Virus record (IMG/VR): IMGVR_UViG_3300028284_000004
Span: 3,304 to 67,303 of that record
Direction: 5' to 3' (one strand)
From: a virus
Length of the DNA stretch: 64,000 nucleotides
Shown: positions 36,325-45,474 of the stretch, piece after piece
How the letters are laid out: each line of letters begins with the position of its first letter
Position numbering within the stretch: position 1 is the stretch's first letter
Position numbers and translations under genes: made by a program
Notes under the pieces: model-generated
Database searches by the model: none
What the model was told of the DNA's origin: nothing
The model's input: the letters and a program-made list of their open reading frames with translations, nothing else

Positions 36325-37512
36325 ATGGCAACAGCTAGAGCCAAAGAACAAGCCGCTGATACACGTCGAGCTAATAAGAAAACCATTGACAGCATGTACA
36401 TGGGACCAGAACCAGTATTTTCAAAGGGTGATGTTCCTGAAGACACCAAAACCCAAGATCGTATGTGGGCTAAAGCTGCTAATTGGTATAACTATTATTA
36501 TGCTCCAAAGGACTATGTACCATATGTACTTAAGTATGGTATTGATGTTTTAGGTTGGACAAAGGATCAAGCACGCCGTGTTAAATCTTTAAAGGACTTT
36601 GAGATCTCAATGACTATTGGTCCAGGCAAGGCATGTGTTATTTGGGCTCGTGGCTTTGAGTACAATAAATCTTGGAAAAAGAAGATCAAAGATCGAATGA
36701 AAGCGTTATTAGCTTTGGCTATGTCACGTGAAGAGCAGATCGAAGAGCAGGATACTAAACCAAAGGTAACACCTATTAGTCCTTCGGTTCGTACGCGTGC
36801 TAAGATGATGGACACTATCTATGGTGACTTTGATGATCATATTATTGAAGGCTGGATCGAAGGCGACTTTAAACGCAAGCTAGATGTGTACGGCTTATGT
36901 AAGAAGTATGATATCAAGGGTGCTGGAGTTAATATGTTCCAGGCTCGTATTCAAGAGTTCCTAGATGAATACAATGATGCTTACAATAAAACGTGTGAGC
37001 AAGCCGTTGAGGGTTATAGTCACATCAAACGCACTGATCAGAAGAAAGCCATTAATCAACTTCAAGCAATTATAAATGATTGCGATGCACTCAAACAGTC
37101 AGCTAAAGCAGCTCGACTGCCACGTGCCAAGAAGCCAAAAGCCTCAGATAAACAAGTTGAAAAGATGCAATATATGAAAGACCATATCGAATCTAAACTG
37201 ACTTCGATTAATCCTATCATGATCCCTACTGCATTTAGACTATATGTCTATAACACTAAGCAGAAGAAACTATTCGAATATGTTACGAATAGTACTAAAG
37301 GTTTTGAGGTCAAAGGAACTACGCTACAAAACTTTGATGATAAACTAAGTAGGTGTACTACCCTACGCAAACCAGATGATATCTTGCCAGGTATCCTTAA
37401 GAAGACTCCAAAACAAATCGATAATATTTGGAGTTCATTAACCACCAAAACAGGTCCATGTAATGGACGTATCAATAAAGATTGTATTTTACTAAGAGTT
37501 ATGGAGAAATAA
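36325..37512 (+). CDS. conserved T4-like hypothetical protein
   Basis: TAAGGAG RBS; C-terminal SINP..YNTK..VKGTTL..TLRKP..NGRIN..ILL. Confidence 0.8.
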   Translation: MATARAKEQAADTRRANKKTIDSMYMGPEPVFSKGDVPEDTKTQDRMWAKAANWYNYYYAPKDYVPYVLKYGIDVLGWTKDQARRVKSLKDFEISMTIGPGKACVIWARGFEYNKSWKKKIKDRMKALLALAMSREEQIEEQDTKPKVTPISPSVRTRAKMMDTIYGDFDDHIIEGWIEGDFKRKLDVYGLCKKYDIKGAGVNMFQARIQEFLDEYNDAYNKTCEQAVEGYSHIKRTDQKKAINQLQAIINDCDALKQSAKAARLPRAKKPKASDKQVEKMQYMKDHIESKLTSINPIMIPTAFRLYVYNTKQKKLFEYVTNSTKGFEVKGTTLQNFDDKLSRCTTLRKPDDILPGILKKTPKQIDNIWSSLTTKTGPCNGRINKDCILLRVMEK

Positions 37513-38076
37513 ATGTACGACAGCGATGACCATTCAGAACTTCGACCGTCAGTGATTCCGGCAGTCACATTCAAGACCCGGGTTAGGGATTCAGAAGACA
37601 GTGGACCTAATCCTTATAAATGGAAAGACGTGAATAGTTACGATCTTTTTGCAAACAAGAAGGTAGTATTATTTTCTTTACCTGGAGCTTTTACCCCGAC
37701 ATGTTCGACTATGCAACTGCCAGGATTTGAGAAGAAATATGGTAGCTTTCGTGATCTAGGTATCGATGAAATCTATTGTGTATCTGTAAATGATTCCTTT
37801 GTCATGAACAAGTGGGCTAAAGATCAAGGACTACTTAATGTTAATGTGATTCCGGATGGTTCCGGCCGGCTTACTTCAGAGATGCATATGCTAGTAGCTA
37901 AAGATAACCTTGGGTTTGGCTGGCGGTCTTGGCGTTATGCGGTTGTAGTCGATAATGGTAATATCGAGAAATGGTTTATTGAACCAGGAATTGGCCATGA
38001 CGTTGAAGATGATCCATATGGAGAAACCTCTCCGGAAAATATCCTAGAATACTTAAGCTCCAGAGGAGAAAAATGA
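37513..38076 (+). CDS. peroxiredoxin (Prx5/redoxin type)
   Basis: LPGAFTPTCS, SVNDSFVM.KW, RSWRYA. Confidence 0.93.
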   Translation: MYDSDDHSELRPSVIPAVTFKTRVRDSEDSGPNPYKWKDVNSYDLFANKKVVLFSLPGAFTPTCSTMQLPGFEKKYGSFRDLGIDEIYCVSVNDSFVMNKWAKDQGLLNVNVIPDGSGRLTSEMHMLVAKDNLGFGWRSWRYAVVVDNGNIEKWFIEPGIGHDVEDDPYGETSPENILEYLSSRGEK

Positions 38077-38315
38077 TTGACGAACTAGAAACTAAAATTA
38101 TGACCAAGAAAAGGTTTTCGACAGCAGTAGAAAATTTAGTATTAAGCAATACTTTTACCTACATCGATGCTATTACTTTTATTGTTGAGGAACGTGGCAT
38201 GGATTACTCTAATGTAAAGAAACTATTGAGTGATTCACTTATGGCTAAGCTTGAAGCAGAAGCTAGTGGCCTTCGATTAATCGATAAAGAGCAAGGTAAT
38301 ACATTACCTCTATGA
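38073..38315 (+). CDS. 33: late transcription coactivator gp33
   Basis: F...VE..YIDAI..KLEAEA..L..LPL; upstream of genes 59 and 32. Confidence 0.85.
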   Translation: MIDELETKIMTKKRFSTAVENLVLSNTFTYIDAITFIVEERGMDYSNVKKLLSDSLMAKLEAEASGLRLIDKEQGNTLPL

Positions 38316-38917
38316 TGACAATGATGGATAGCAAAGCACCTTTTGAAGCTTATAAATTATACAACGCATTAAAGTTACACTTTGAGTCTGATTATGATGC
38401 GGTGAAGTACCAGTTTAAAACTAGGGCAACACCGCAGTCATTCTTTAAACGCAAGGATAAGTACTTCTTTGCCAAGCTCGCTAAGAAGCATGGCGATAAC
38501 TTGATGAAGTACTATGTTGCTAACTTTATCAATGATGTTAAATATGTAGGAGATATGTTAGACTCAGATGGTGAGACTAACTATAGGGACATGTTAAAGA
38601 AACACGAATCTATCTCATATGTGTTTAAAAACGATATAAATACTTTATCTCAGAAGTTTAATAGCTTCGATGAACTATTCGAGATGAGTGATAATTCGCA
38701 TCCGCCTATTATTACTGCATACTTGGAGAGAGATATCTGCCTGGAAACAGTGGTCATTCTCAATAAGCTTATTGGCTTTATGAGACGAGCAGACGTTCAA
38801 ATAACAGAAACCATTGTCTGGCCAGAGTTAAGTCGGAAGATAAAAAAGTACGATCATTTTATTTTGATTAATGAAGAAAAAATGAAAGAAATCGTAATAA
38901 AAGTGTTTACAAACTGA
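38312..38917 (+). CDS. 59: helicase loader gp59
   Basis: Y.ALKLHF..YD..KY, F.KRKD.YFF.KL, I.LET. Confidence 0.88.
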   Translation: MMTMMDSKAPFEAYKLYNALKLHFESDYDAVKYQFKTRATPQSFFKRKDKYFFAKLAKKHGDNLMKYYVANFINDVKYVGDMLDSDGETNYRDMLKKHESISYVFKNDINTLSQKFNSFDELFEMSDNSHPPIITAYLERDICLETVVILNKLIGFMRRADVQITETIVWPELSRKIKKYDHFILINEEKMKEIVIKVFTN

Positions 38918-38934
38918 CAAAACTGTGGTATAAT
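38906..38934 (+). promoter_or_regulatory. early promoter for gene 32
   Basis: GTTTACA-17-TATAAT, T4 early consensus-like. Confidence 0.85.
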
Positions 38935-39004
38935 ACTACTTCTATATTATGAAATAACGTGGATCATTCAGAAATACAACGCATATACAATCGGAGAAAT
39001 ACAT

Positions 39005-39916
39005 ATGTCTTTTGCAAATTTAAAAACAAACCGTTCAGCCGCAATCTCAAAACTTGTGCAAGCCGCAGAACAAGCCAATCCAAGTGAAACCAAATCTTAC
39101 GGCGATGACCGTTTTTGGAAACCTACTCGTGATAAAGCAGGTAATGGTTATGCCGTTATCCGTTTTCTCCCAGCTAAAGAAGGTGAAGATCTTCCTTGGG
39201 TAAAATACTGGGACCACGGATTTAAAGGTCCAACTGGTCTTTGGTATATCGAAAACTCTTTGACTTCTATCGGTCAAGACGATCCTGTTTCAGAGATGAA
39301 CTCAGCACTATGGAACAGTGGTCGTGATGAAGACAAAGCTACTGCACGTGATCGTAAGCGTCGACTACATTACGCAAGTAATATTTTAGTCGTAAGCGAT
39401 CCAGGTAATCCAGCTAATGAAGGTAAAGTATTCCTTTATAAGTTCGGCAAGAAAATCTTTGACAAAATCATGGATGTTATGCAGCCGCAGTTTGCTGATG
39501 AAAATCCAGTAAATCCATACGACTTCTGGGAAGGCGCTGATTTTAAAATTAAAATCCGTCAAGTAGAAGGTTGGGTTAACTACGACAAGTCAGAGTTTGC
39601 ACCAGCGAGCGCATTGCATGGTGGTGACGAAGAGCGTCTTGAAAAAGTATATAATGAACTATATTCTCTACAAGACTTCCTTGATCCTAAGAACTACAAA
39701 TCTTATGCTGAACTAAAAGCTAAGATGAATAAGGTTCTTGGTGTATCGGGTGGCGTTGAAGCAGCGGCTCCTTCTTATGAAGAAGTTCAAGCTCCGGTGC
39801 AGAGACAAGTATCATCAGCCTATGAAGCATCTGACGATGTAGAAGTAGTTGCTGATACTAGTACTGATAGTGAAGAAGATACTCTCAGCTACTTTGCAAA
39901 ACTAGCAAAAGAGTAA
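39005..39916 (+). CDS. 32: single-stranded DNA-binding protein gp32
   Basis: DDRFWK, GNGYAVIRFLP, WYIEN, YKFGKKIFDKI, NYDKSEF, acidic tail. Confidence 0.96.
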   Translation: MSFANLKTNRSAAISKLVQAAEQANPSETKSYGDDRFWKPTRDKAGNGYAVIRFLPAKEGEDLPWVKYWDHGFKGPTGLWYIENSLTSIGQDDPVSEMNSALWNSGRDEDKATARDRKRRLHYASNILVVSDPGNPANEGKVFLYKFGKKIFDKIMDVMQPQFADENPVNPYDFWEGADFKIKIRQVEGWVNYDKSEFAPASALHGGDEERLEKVYNELYSLQDFLDPKNYKSYAELKAKMNKVLGVSGGVEAAAPSYEEVQAPVQRQVSSAYEASDDVEVVADTSTDSEEDTLSYFAKLAKE

Positions 39917-39958
39917 TACAGAATCCTGCTACCTTAGGATAAAACCTTAACGGTTTAT

Positions 39959-39983
39959 GGGGCTCTTCGGAGCCCCTTTTTTT
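39959..39983 (+). terminator. rho-independent terminator
   Basis: GGGGCTC-TTCG-GAGCCCC plus T7 between convergent genes. Confidence 0.92.
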
Positions 39984-41688
39984 ATACCGCTACAGCAGAA
40001 GAGAGATAGTAACCACGTCTCTCTCTACGTGATGATTGGACAATTGTAGTGTTTGTGCTTGTATCACCTTGTTTAACATTTGATACAATAGGAGCAGCAG
40101 CCGGCGTACCAAAGCCCATTTCTTGGACCATCGCATCGTTCTCTTTAGATGTACCCATAATCAAGTCAGCAGTCGTAAGATCGGTAGTAGATAATCCTTC
40201 AGGAGCAACTGATGGTGGATTAAGCCTTTCTTCTTCAGCTTTAAGTTCATTTTTTGTTCTAAGCTCTTCAGCTGCTCTTGCACCACGGTTAGTATCAAGA
40301 CCTTCAGCCATTTTCTCTATTGCCGATGTATCGAAATCGTCACCGAATAAGAACTTAGCAGCCGTAGGACCTAATAGTCCGATAAGCTTCCTTGGAATGA
40401 ATGTAATACCATTGACCAGCATTGACAAGAAGTCAACTAGATATAATCCAGCGACTTTAAGCGTATCCAAGATACCTGCACCAGGGCCCAGGCTTTCTCG
40501 TAATTTCTGAAACCCAAGATACAATCCACCAAGCAACAGAGCAATACCTGCACCTATCGCAATGATTGGTAACATTGGTACTAATGCAGCACTGATCGAT
40601 GTAATCATACCACTAAAGAATGCACCGATTGCAGGGAATGCAGTCGTCATCATAAATGCCTGGAATATCTTTAATCCGGTCATGACCGTTTGAATTCCTT
40701 TGAATAATGCACCAACCTTGGCAATAATAGCACCACCAAATTGTAAGGCAATACCAGCAAAGATAGCAGCAACCGTTCCTAAGTTATCACCGAATATAGC
40801 AAACGCACCTTCGACATCACCTTGGAACAGTTTGACGATACCATTAATAACATTAGTAATACCGGTGATTGCATCATTAATAAATTTACCAAGAGTCTCG
40901 GGGCTAAAAATAGCAAGTGCCAAACCAGTAAGACCTGCAAGGAATCCACCAGTACCTTTTACACCATCAGCAAAGCTATCAAACTTTCCACCTAGCCCCT
41001 GGAGGTTATCACCAATTCTATTCAAAGACGATTGTTGAGCATCAAGAGCAGCAGCAGCTTCCCTACGGGCTTCTTCTTGTCCTGCGGAATCACCTACTGC
41101 AGCTAGTTGTTTCATTGCAATTTCAGCAGCTTGATTATCGCCTTCTTCAATAGCTCTTAATAACGCAGATTGACCTTCAGCAAATGATTCTTCAATTTGC
41201 ATACGGGCTTCTTCATTATCATATAGTCTACCAACACCGGTGTTCAATTTAGAAATCTGATCACCTAACTTATTCATATCCAATTGGCTATTAATAATAG
41301 CATTCTGGTTTTTAATTGAATCAGTTAGTTGTTGTAGTCCTTGTGTACTTTTATCAGCAGCAAGGTCAGCAGCTTGAGCTCGAGAAGCTTCTAAGGCATT
41401 AGACTCGGCAACAAGATTATCCAAATTGGCTAAAGCTGTTCTCATTCCCGATTCGGTGGTTTTTGGATTAGACAATCTATCCATAATAGCCTGCAGAGTA
41501 TAATCAAGCTTTTGGGTACCGAGATCTTCAGATTTAAGTTTAAGCTCATTAATCTTATTACCAGCAATAAGAAGTTGCTGCTGCGTTTTATTCGAATCAT
41601 TCTCGTTTTTTATATTTGCAGCAATTTCTTTAATACTTTTAGTTTCCTGAGGAATAAACTTGCCGGTTTTTTCATCTCTTAGTGCCAT
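39982..41688 (-). CDS. tape measure / baseplate hub protein (gp29-like)
   Basis: 568 aa; coiled-coil N-half, Gly/Ala-rich hydrophobic segments; position downstream of 26/51. Confidence 0.65.
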   Translation of the reverse strand: MALRDEKTGKFIPQETKSIKEIAANIKNENDSNKTQQQLLIAGNKINELKLKSEDLGTQKLDYTLQAIMDRLSNPKTTESGMRTALANLDNLVAESNALEASRAQAADLAADKSTQGLQQLTDSIKNQNAIINSQLDMNKLGDQISKLNTGVGRLYDNEEARMQIEESFAEGQSALLRAIEEGDNQAAEIAMKQLAAVGDSAGQEEARREAAAALDAQQSSLNRIGDNLQGLGGKFDSFADGVKGTGGFLAGLTGLALAIFSPETLGKFINDAITGITNVINGIVKLFQGDVEGAFAIFGDNLGTVAAIFAGIALQFGGAIIAKVGALFKGIQTVMTGLKIFQAFMMTTAFPAIGAFFSGMITSISAALVPMLPIIAIGAGIALLLGGLYLGFQKLRESLGPGAGILDTLKVAGLYLVDFLSMLVNGITFIPRKLIGLLGPTAAKFLFGDDFDTSAIEKMAEGLDTNRGARAAEELRTKNELKAEEERLNPPSVAPEGLSTTDLTTADLIMGTSKENDAMVQEMGFGTPAAAPIVSNVKQGDTSTNTTIVQSSRRERRGYYLSSAVAV

Positions 41689-41699
41689 GACCTATAATC

Positions 41700-42035
41700 C
41701 TATTTCTTGTTATTGAACGCTTGTGCGCCAAAGAATGCCGCAACGATACCAGCAACAGCAACAAAATATGTAGGTGCCATATCGCCTAGTGTTTTAGCAG
41801 CATTGTCTAAACCAATAAGTGAAGCAATTACCACAGCAAATGGGTATAACAATAAGCCAAACAAAGCAAACCATGTCATATTACGTTGTGCATCACGCAT
41901 AGCATCTTCATCATCAAGACGCTTACGTTTTGCATCAAGCATAAGCTCGTATTCTTCTTTACTAATATGACCATCACCATTCAAGTCATATTCTGACAAG
42001 TCGTCACACGTCATTTTCTTTTCTTCTTCAGCCAT
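41700..42035 (-). CDS. EF-hand-containing two-TM membrane protein
   Basis: DLNGDGHISKEE loop; TMs WFALFGLLLYPFAVVIASLIG and YFVAVAGIVAAFFG. Confidence 0.75.
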   Translation of the reverse strand: MAEEEKKMTCDDLSEYDLNGDGHISKEEYELMLDAKRKRLDDEDAMRDAQRNMTWFALFGLLLYPFAVVIASLIGLDNAAKTLGDMAPTYFVAVAGIVAAFFGAQAFNNKK

Positions 42036-42037
42036 CT

Positions 42038-42181
42038 TTATCTCCGCCTTTGAGCTTCTTGTTTTTTAAGTCTATCATTTTCTTCTTTGATAAAATCTTG
42101 TAGAAGAGATACATAGATTTCCCTCTCCCACGGCACCATCTCGTTTAGCTCGGTTAAGCTATAACTGTGGTGCTGCATCAT
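42038..42181 (-). CDS. 51: gp51-like baseplate/tail assembly chaperone C-terminal module (probably reached by -1 frameshift; frame is open to 42235)
   Basis: NFAMMQHHSYSLTELNEMVPWEREIY motif; not in ORF track. Confidence 0.8.
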   Translation of the reverse strand: MMQHHSYSLTELNEMVPWEREIYVSLLQDFIKEENDRLKKQEAQRRR

Positions 42182-42228
42182 CGCGAAGTTAGTCTTAAAA
42201 TGATTGACTAAACTTTCATGAGAGAGGC

Positions 42229-42924
42229 CTACGAAAAAAAACTTTGAATACCTTTTAATTCAATGCTGTTTTCGTGTTCACATTTAGTACATACAAATTC
42301 TATATTATGAACTAATGCCGGTAAGTCTTGGAAGAACTTTGCTAACTTTTGGAATTGACCACTGTTTAAGCTATCAATAAAATCAGTTAAACTCTTTCTT
42401 GTTTCGTCTTTACACGGATATACATTATCATTATCAAAGATATTAACCATGCACTTGGTCATTAGTTGCAAAATAGCTTCCGTTCCTTCCGTGCCAGCTT
42501 CGAAATCTCCAATAGTTGGATATCGCATAGTGACACCAATAGTATCAGTGACCTGAATAATCTTTGAATCTTCATCGACTCCAGTCACTTCAATCTCTTC
42601 AAGATTTACTTGTGTCTCATGCGGATGTTCGCACTCTGAGCACTTAGCATTTAGGTCAGCAGTTTCACCAACTGATTTTGATCTAAGCTTTAAAAACAAA
42701 GTCTCGATATCAAAAACCGCAAGCTCATCTACATTAATATCATCAAAGACACATGCCTCGATAACATCCTTTACTGCCTTCATGATTTGTCTTTGATCTT
42801 TCGATTCAAGAGCAATCATAAGAATCTTTTCTTCTTTGACCAAATAAGGTCTATAATCTACTTCAACACCGGTTGAAGGAATAACTGTACTGTATTTCGA
42901 GCTATTCACTACTGGTAATGCCAT
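42229..42924 (-). CDS. 26: baseplate hub assembly protein gp26-like
   Basis: YRPYLVKEEKIL, LRSKSVGE, two CxxC pairs, MRYPT. Confidence 0.85.
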   Translation of the reverse strand: MALPVVNSSKYSTVIPSTGVEVDYRPYLVKEEKILMIALESKDQRQIMKAVKDVIEACVFDDINVDELAVFDIETLFLKLRSKSVGETADLNAKCSECEHPHETQVNLEEIEVTGVDEDSKIIQVTDTIGVTMRYPTIGDFEAGTEGTEAILQLMTKCMVNIFDNDNVYPCKDETRKSLTDFIDSLNSGQFQKLAKFFQDLPALVHNIEFVCTKCEHENSIELKGIQSFFS

Positions 42925-42959
42925 AATCTTCTCCTAATAATATATTATGTCAAATAATT

Positions 42960-43592
42960 TTAAATTCCAAGTCCTGCTATAATAGCCGAACCTGTACTTG
43001 ATACTGGTCCTTCCGGAACGTATCGGTCATATGCAAAGGTCACATTCAATTTCTGTACGCCATTTTCCTGTGTATTATCTAATGTTATCGCGTTCATATT
43101 AATCGGATAAGCATTCTCTAATTTAACACCATATACTGGAATGTTTTGTTGATTCAATTGTTGGATCACTACATCCACAGCATAATCTTTCTTATAACCC
43201 ACTTTATATTTATCCATGTCAATGATACTCGACATCCAATTGTCAAATAGGGTTTTCATATAATAATCATTCGTAAGTAGGAAGGTCATTTCCACATCGC
43301 TATCAATAACAGTGTATGGTATTTTGACACCTTGTTTCTCTGACATTTTATCTAGTGTGCTAATACCTCTTCCTGGAAGAGTAACGTTTTCACATAGAAA
43401 AGAAATGTCTCTTGGATCAGCAATAAGGTTACGTGGATCAGCATTGCCTGAAAGCAACGATCCAACTAAAGCTTCGGGGTTAACATTCAACAAAGATCCG
43501 GTAGGTGGCATAAAGAATACATTGAATCTATTCGTAGGAGCCAATCCACCTTTCTTTGAAATTACTGCTTTCATATTATCTATTGCTGACAT
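42960..43592 (-). CDS. tail tube initiator / tube-fold protein (gp54-like)
   Basis: NRF.V..CE..TLPG..F..W..L.NAYP..L.VTFAY. Confidence 0.7.
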   Translation of the reverse strand: MSAIDNMKAVISKKGGLAPTNRFNVFFMPPTGSLLNVNPEALVGSLLSGNADPRNLIADPRDISFLCENVTLPGRGISTLDKMSEKQGVKIPYTVIDSDVEMTFLLTNDYYMKTLFDNWMSSIIDMDKYKVGYKKDYAVDVVIQQLNQQNIPVYGVKLENAYPINMNAITLDNTQENGVQKLNVTFAYDRYVPEGPVSSTGSAIIAGLGI

Positions 43593-43594
43593 TT

Positions 43595-44185
43595 TTATTT
43601 TCCTGAGTACTGTTTGCGAGAATATCTCCAAACACTTTCGGCTTTTACCTTGGCAAATTGTTCAGTCGGTAAGAATATTGCAATATCCCATTCCGTCATT
43701 GGAACTTTTACCATTTGTGATTTAATTTGACTGGACAAATAACGCTTAAAGCAAGGTTCAAACTCTTTAAACTTTCGGACACCTTTTAATAAATCATATC
43801 TAAGTTTAAGGCGTGACGTATCTGTTATATTCTTTGGTGCTGTTTGCATTAATGCATCTAAGAATCTAGCTCTGACTCCTGGGGGAAGATAATGGAGATT
43901 TAGTCCATAAAACCCACCCTCGGCTGGCTCAACCATAATTACTAATGGGAACCTATCATAGTATGGCAATGTAGCTTTATGCTTTGGATCATAAAAATAC
44001 ATGTACATACTACCAGCAATATTTTGTGAAGTCTTTTGTAATGCACTGTCTTTTAAAAGACTACGGCGGTTTACATCCCCAAGATCTTTTACTTTCTTGC
44101 GGAACCAGTTTTGAGCCTGTTTAGTTCTTGGAGTAATTCCAGCCCTAAATGCTTGTGCTTGTAGTGTGTCGAATAACGATGCCAT
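43595..44185 (-). CDS. 2: DNA end protector gp2
   Basis: Y.YDPKHK.TLPYYD.FPL, GLNLHYL, KRYL. Confidence 0.92.
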   Translation of the reverse strand: MASLFDTLQAQAFRAGITPRTKQAQNWFRKKVKDLGDVNRRSLLKDSALQKTSQNIAGSMYMYFYDPKHKATLPYYDRFPLVIMVEPAEGGFYGLNLHYLPPGVRARFLDALMQTAPKNITDTSRLKLRYDLLKGVRKFKEFEPCFKRYLSSQIKSQMVKVPMTEWDIAIFLPTEQFAKVKAESVWRYSRKQYSGK

Positions 44186-44190
44186 ATACT

Positions 44191-44198
44191 TATTTATA
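44191..44198 (-). promoter_or_regulatory. T4-type late promoter
   Basis: TATAAATA on the minus strand just upstream of gene 2. Confidence 0.65.
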
Positions 44199-44645
44199 TC
44201 AAAACTTTAACAGTTTGATTCCTTTATTTTTTAAAGTTTCTTCCGTCCAGATCTCAAATCTCCAGCCCCGAGCATGTGCATAATGTTTGGCAGCTTCCCA
44301 TTTGTCACTGTTTTTAATATAGGTTGTGACCTCATTAATATACCGTTTAGTCTTTCGTGTTGGTTCTTTTGGCGGAGCAGTTTCTTTCTTTGGCTTGATC
44401 TCTACAAGTACCTTTTCACCGTTGTTCCATTCAATGTATAGATCCATATAGTATCGATGAACCTTCTTGTCTACTTTCCATCGATACGGAATAACAATCT
44501 CTTCACTACTCCATTTAACAACATTTGGATTAGCATCAAGCCATCTAAAGGCGTTTCTTTCCCATAATGACCTATACTTTACCTTCGTATAGTCCCCAGC
44601 GTACTTTTCTTTTTTCTTTACGGTGTATTTACCCGAATAAGCCAT
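44199..44645 (-). CDS. 4: head completion nuclease gp4
   Basis: KY.GD, YRSLWE, W.SEE..IPY, HRYY.D, VEIKP, KWEAA. Confidence 0.93.
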   Translation of the reverse strand: MAYSGKYTVKKKEKYAGDYTKVKYRSLWERNAFRWLDANPNVVKWSSEEIVIPYRWKVDKKVHRYYMDLYIEWNNGEKVLVEIKPKKETAPPKEPTRKTKRYINEVTTYIKNSDKWEAAKHYAHARGWRFEIWTEETLKNKGIKLLKF

Positions 44646-44652
44646 ATAAATA
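44645..44652 (+). promoter_or_regulatory. T4-type late promoter for the baseplate operon
   Basis: TATAAATA upstream of gene 48. Confidence 0.75.
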
Positions 44653-44678
44653 CTTCTATAAGATGATTAATTTATATC

Positions 44679-44686
44679 TATTTATA
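44679..44686 (-). promoter_or_regulatory. T4-type late promoter for gene 4
   Basis: TATAAATA on the minus strand. Confidence 0.75.
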
Positions 44687-44696
44687 GGGCTTAGAA

Positions 44697-45470
44697 ATGA
44701 TACTAGTTTACCCAGAAGGGTTGAGAGAAAAAGCAGAGGGTACATTCCCTCATGTTTGCTTTGAATTGGCAGACACAAAAAATAACCAATTCGAGAGGAT
44801 TCATTTATATGTACCTCAAGGCTTTGCTATTCCCGATGCAGCAGCATATAATAATGTTGATCTAGGTGTAATTGGTGCTAACCAAATAGGCCAATCAGGA
44901 GGCGGTGGTGTTACTGAAGCCGATACTACTGCTAAAGCCGCGAATCTTGCTGGTGCACTTCCTGGAGGTGATACTCTTGGTATGGCCGCACAAGCTAAAG
45001 CAATGAAAGACGGGGTTGCAAGTAATCCATTTACAAATTTAGCGTTTACCGGAACTCAAGTTCGTAGCTTCAACTTCTCGTTTAAACTTGTTTCTGAATC
45101 TGCTAAGGAAGCTCAAACTGGCCGTAAAATAGAACAGTTATTTAGAAAGTTTTTATATCCAGAAATTTCCGGTTCTATGTCTCTTAAGTATCCTCCCCAG
45201 TTTAAAATTACATTTTATAACGGGGAAGAAGTAAATCAGTTTATGCCTAAGTTAATGCCATGTTATCTAGTATCGTTATCTACTACATATAATTCTTCAA
45301 CGAATAGTTTTCACGCTGATGGATCACCTACTGAAATCGATTTGGCATTGGCGTTCCAAGAAACGAAAGCCTTGACCCGAGGAGATCTATTTGACCTCGA
45401 CGATACTGCTGCTGATTCAGATCTAAATTATAAGGCTGATACAGTCAAAACAAATAAGAAGGTAGGTTAA
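44697..45470 (+). CDS. 48: baseplate tail tube cap gp48
   Basis: NPF..F.G...RSF.FSFKL...S..EA, YPP.F, G.P..I.L.L.FQE. Confidence 0.85.
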   Translation: MILVYPEGLREKAEGTFPHVCFELADTKNNQFERIHLYVPQGFAIPDAAAYNNVDLGVIGANQIGQSGGGGVTEADTTAKAANLAGALPGGDTLGMAAQAKAMKDGVASNPFTNLAFTGTQVRSFNFSFKLVSESAKEAQTGRKIEQLFRKFLYPEISGSMSLKYPPQFKITFYNGEEVNQFMPKLMPCYLVSLSTTYNSSTNSFHADGSPTEIDLALAFQETKALTRGDLFDLDDTAADSDLNYKADTVKTNKKVG

Positions 45471-45474
45471 TCAT

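Noticed and set aside
36090-36338. 82-aa ORF overlapping 36116-36313
   Set aside because: The 36116 frame has an RBS and does not overlap its neighbours; the alternative cannot be fully excluded
39923-39956. Small hairpins after gene 32, and similar ones at 28790-28815, as possible ncRNA
   Set aside because: Stems are only about 5 bp with no recognisable RNA family features
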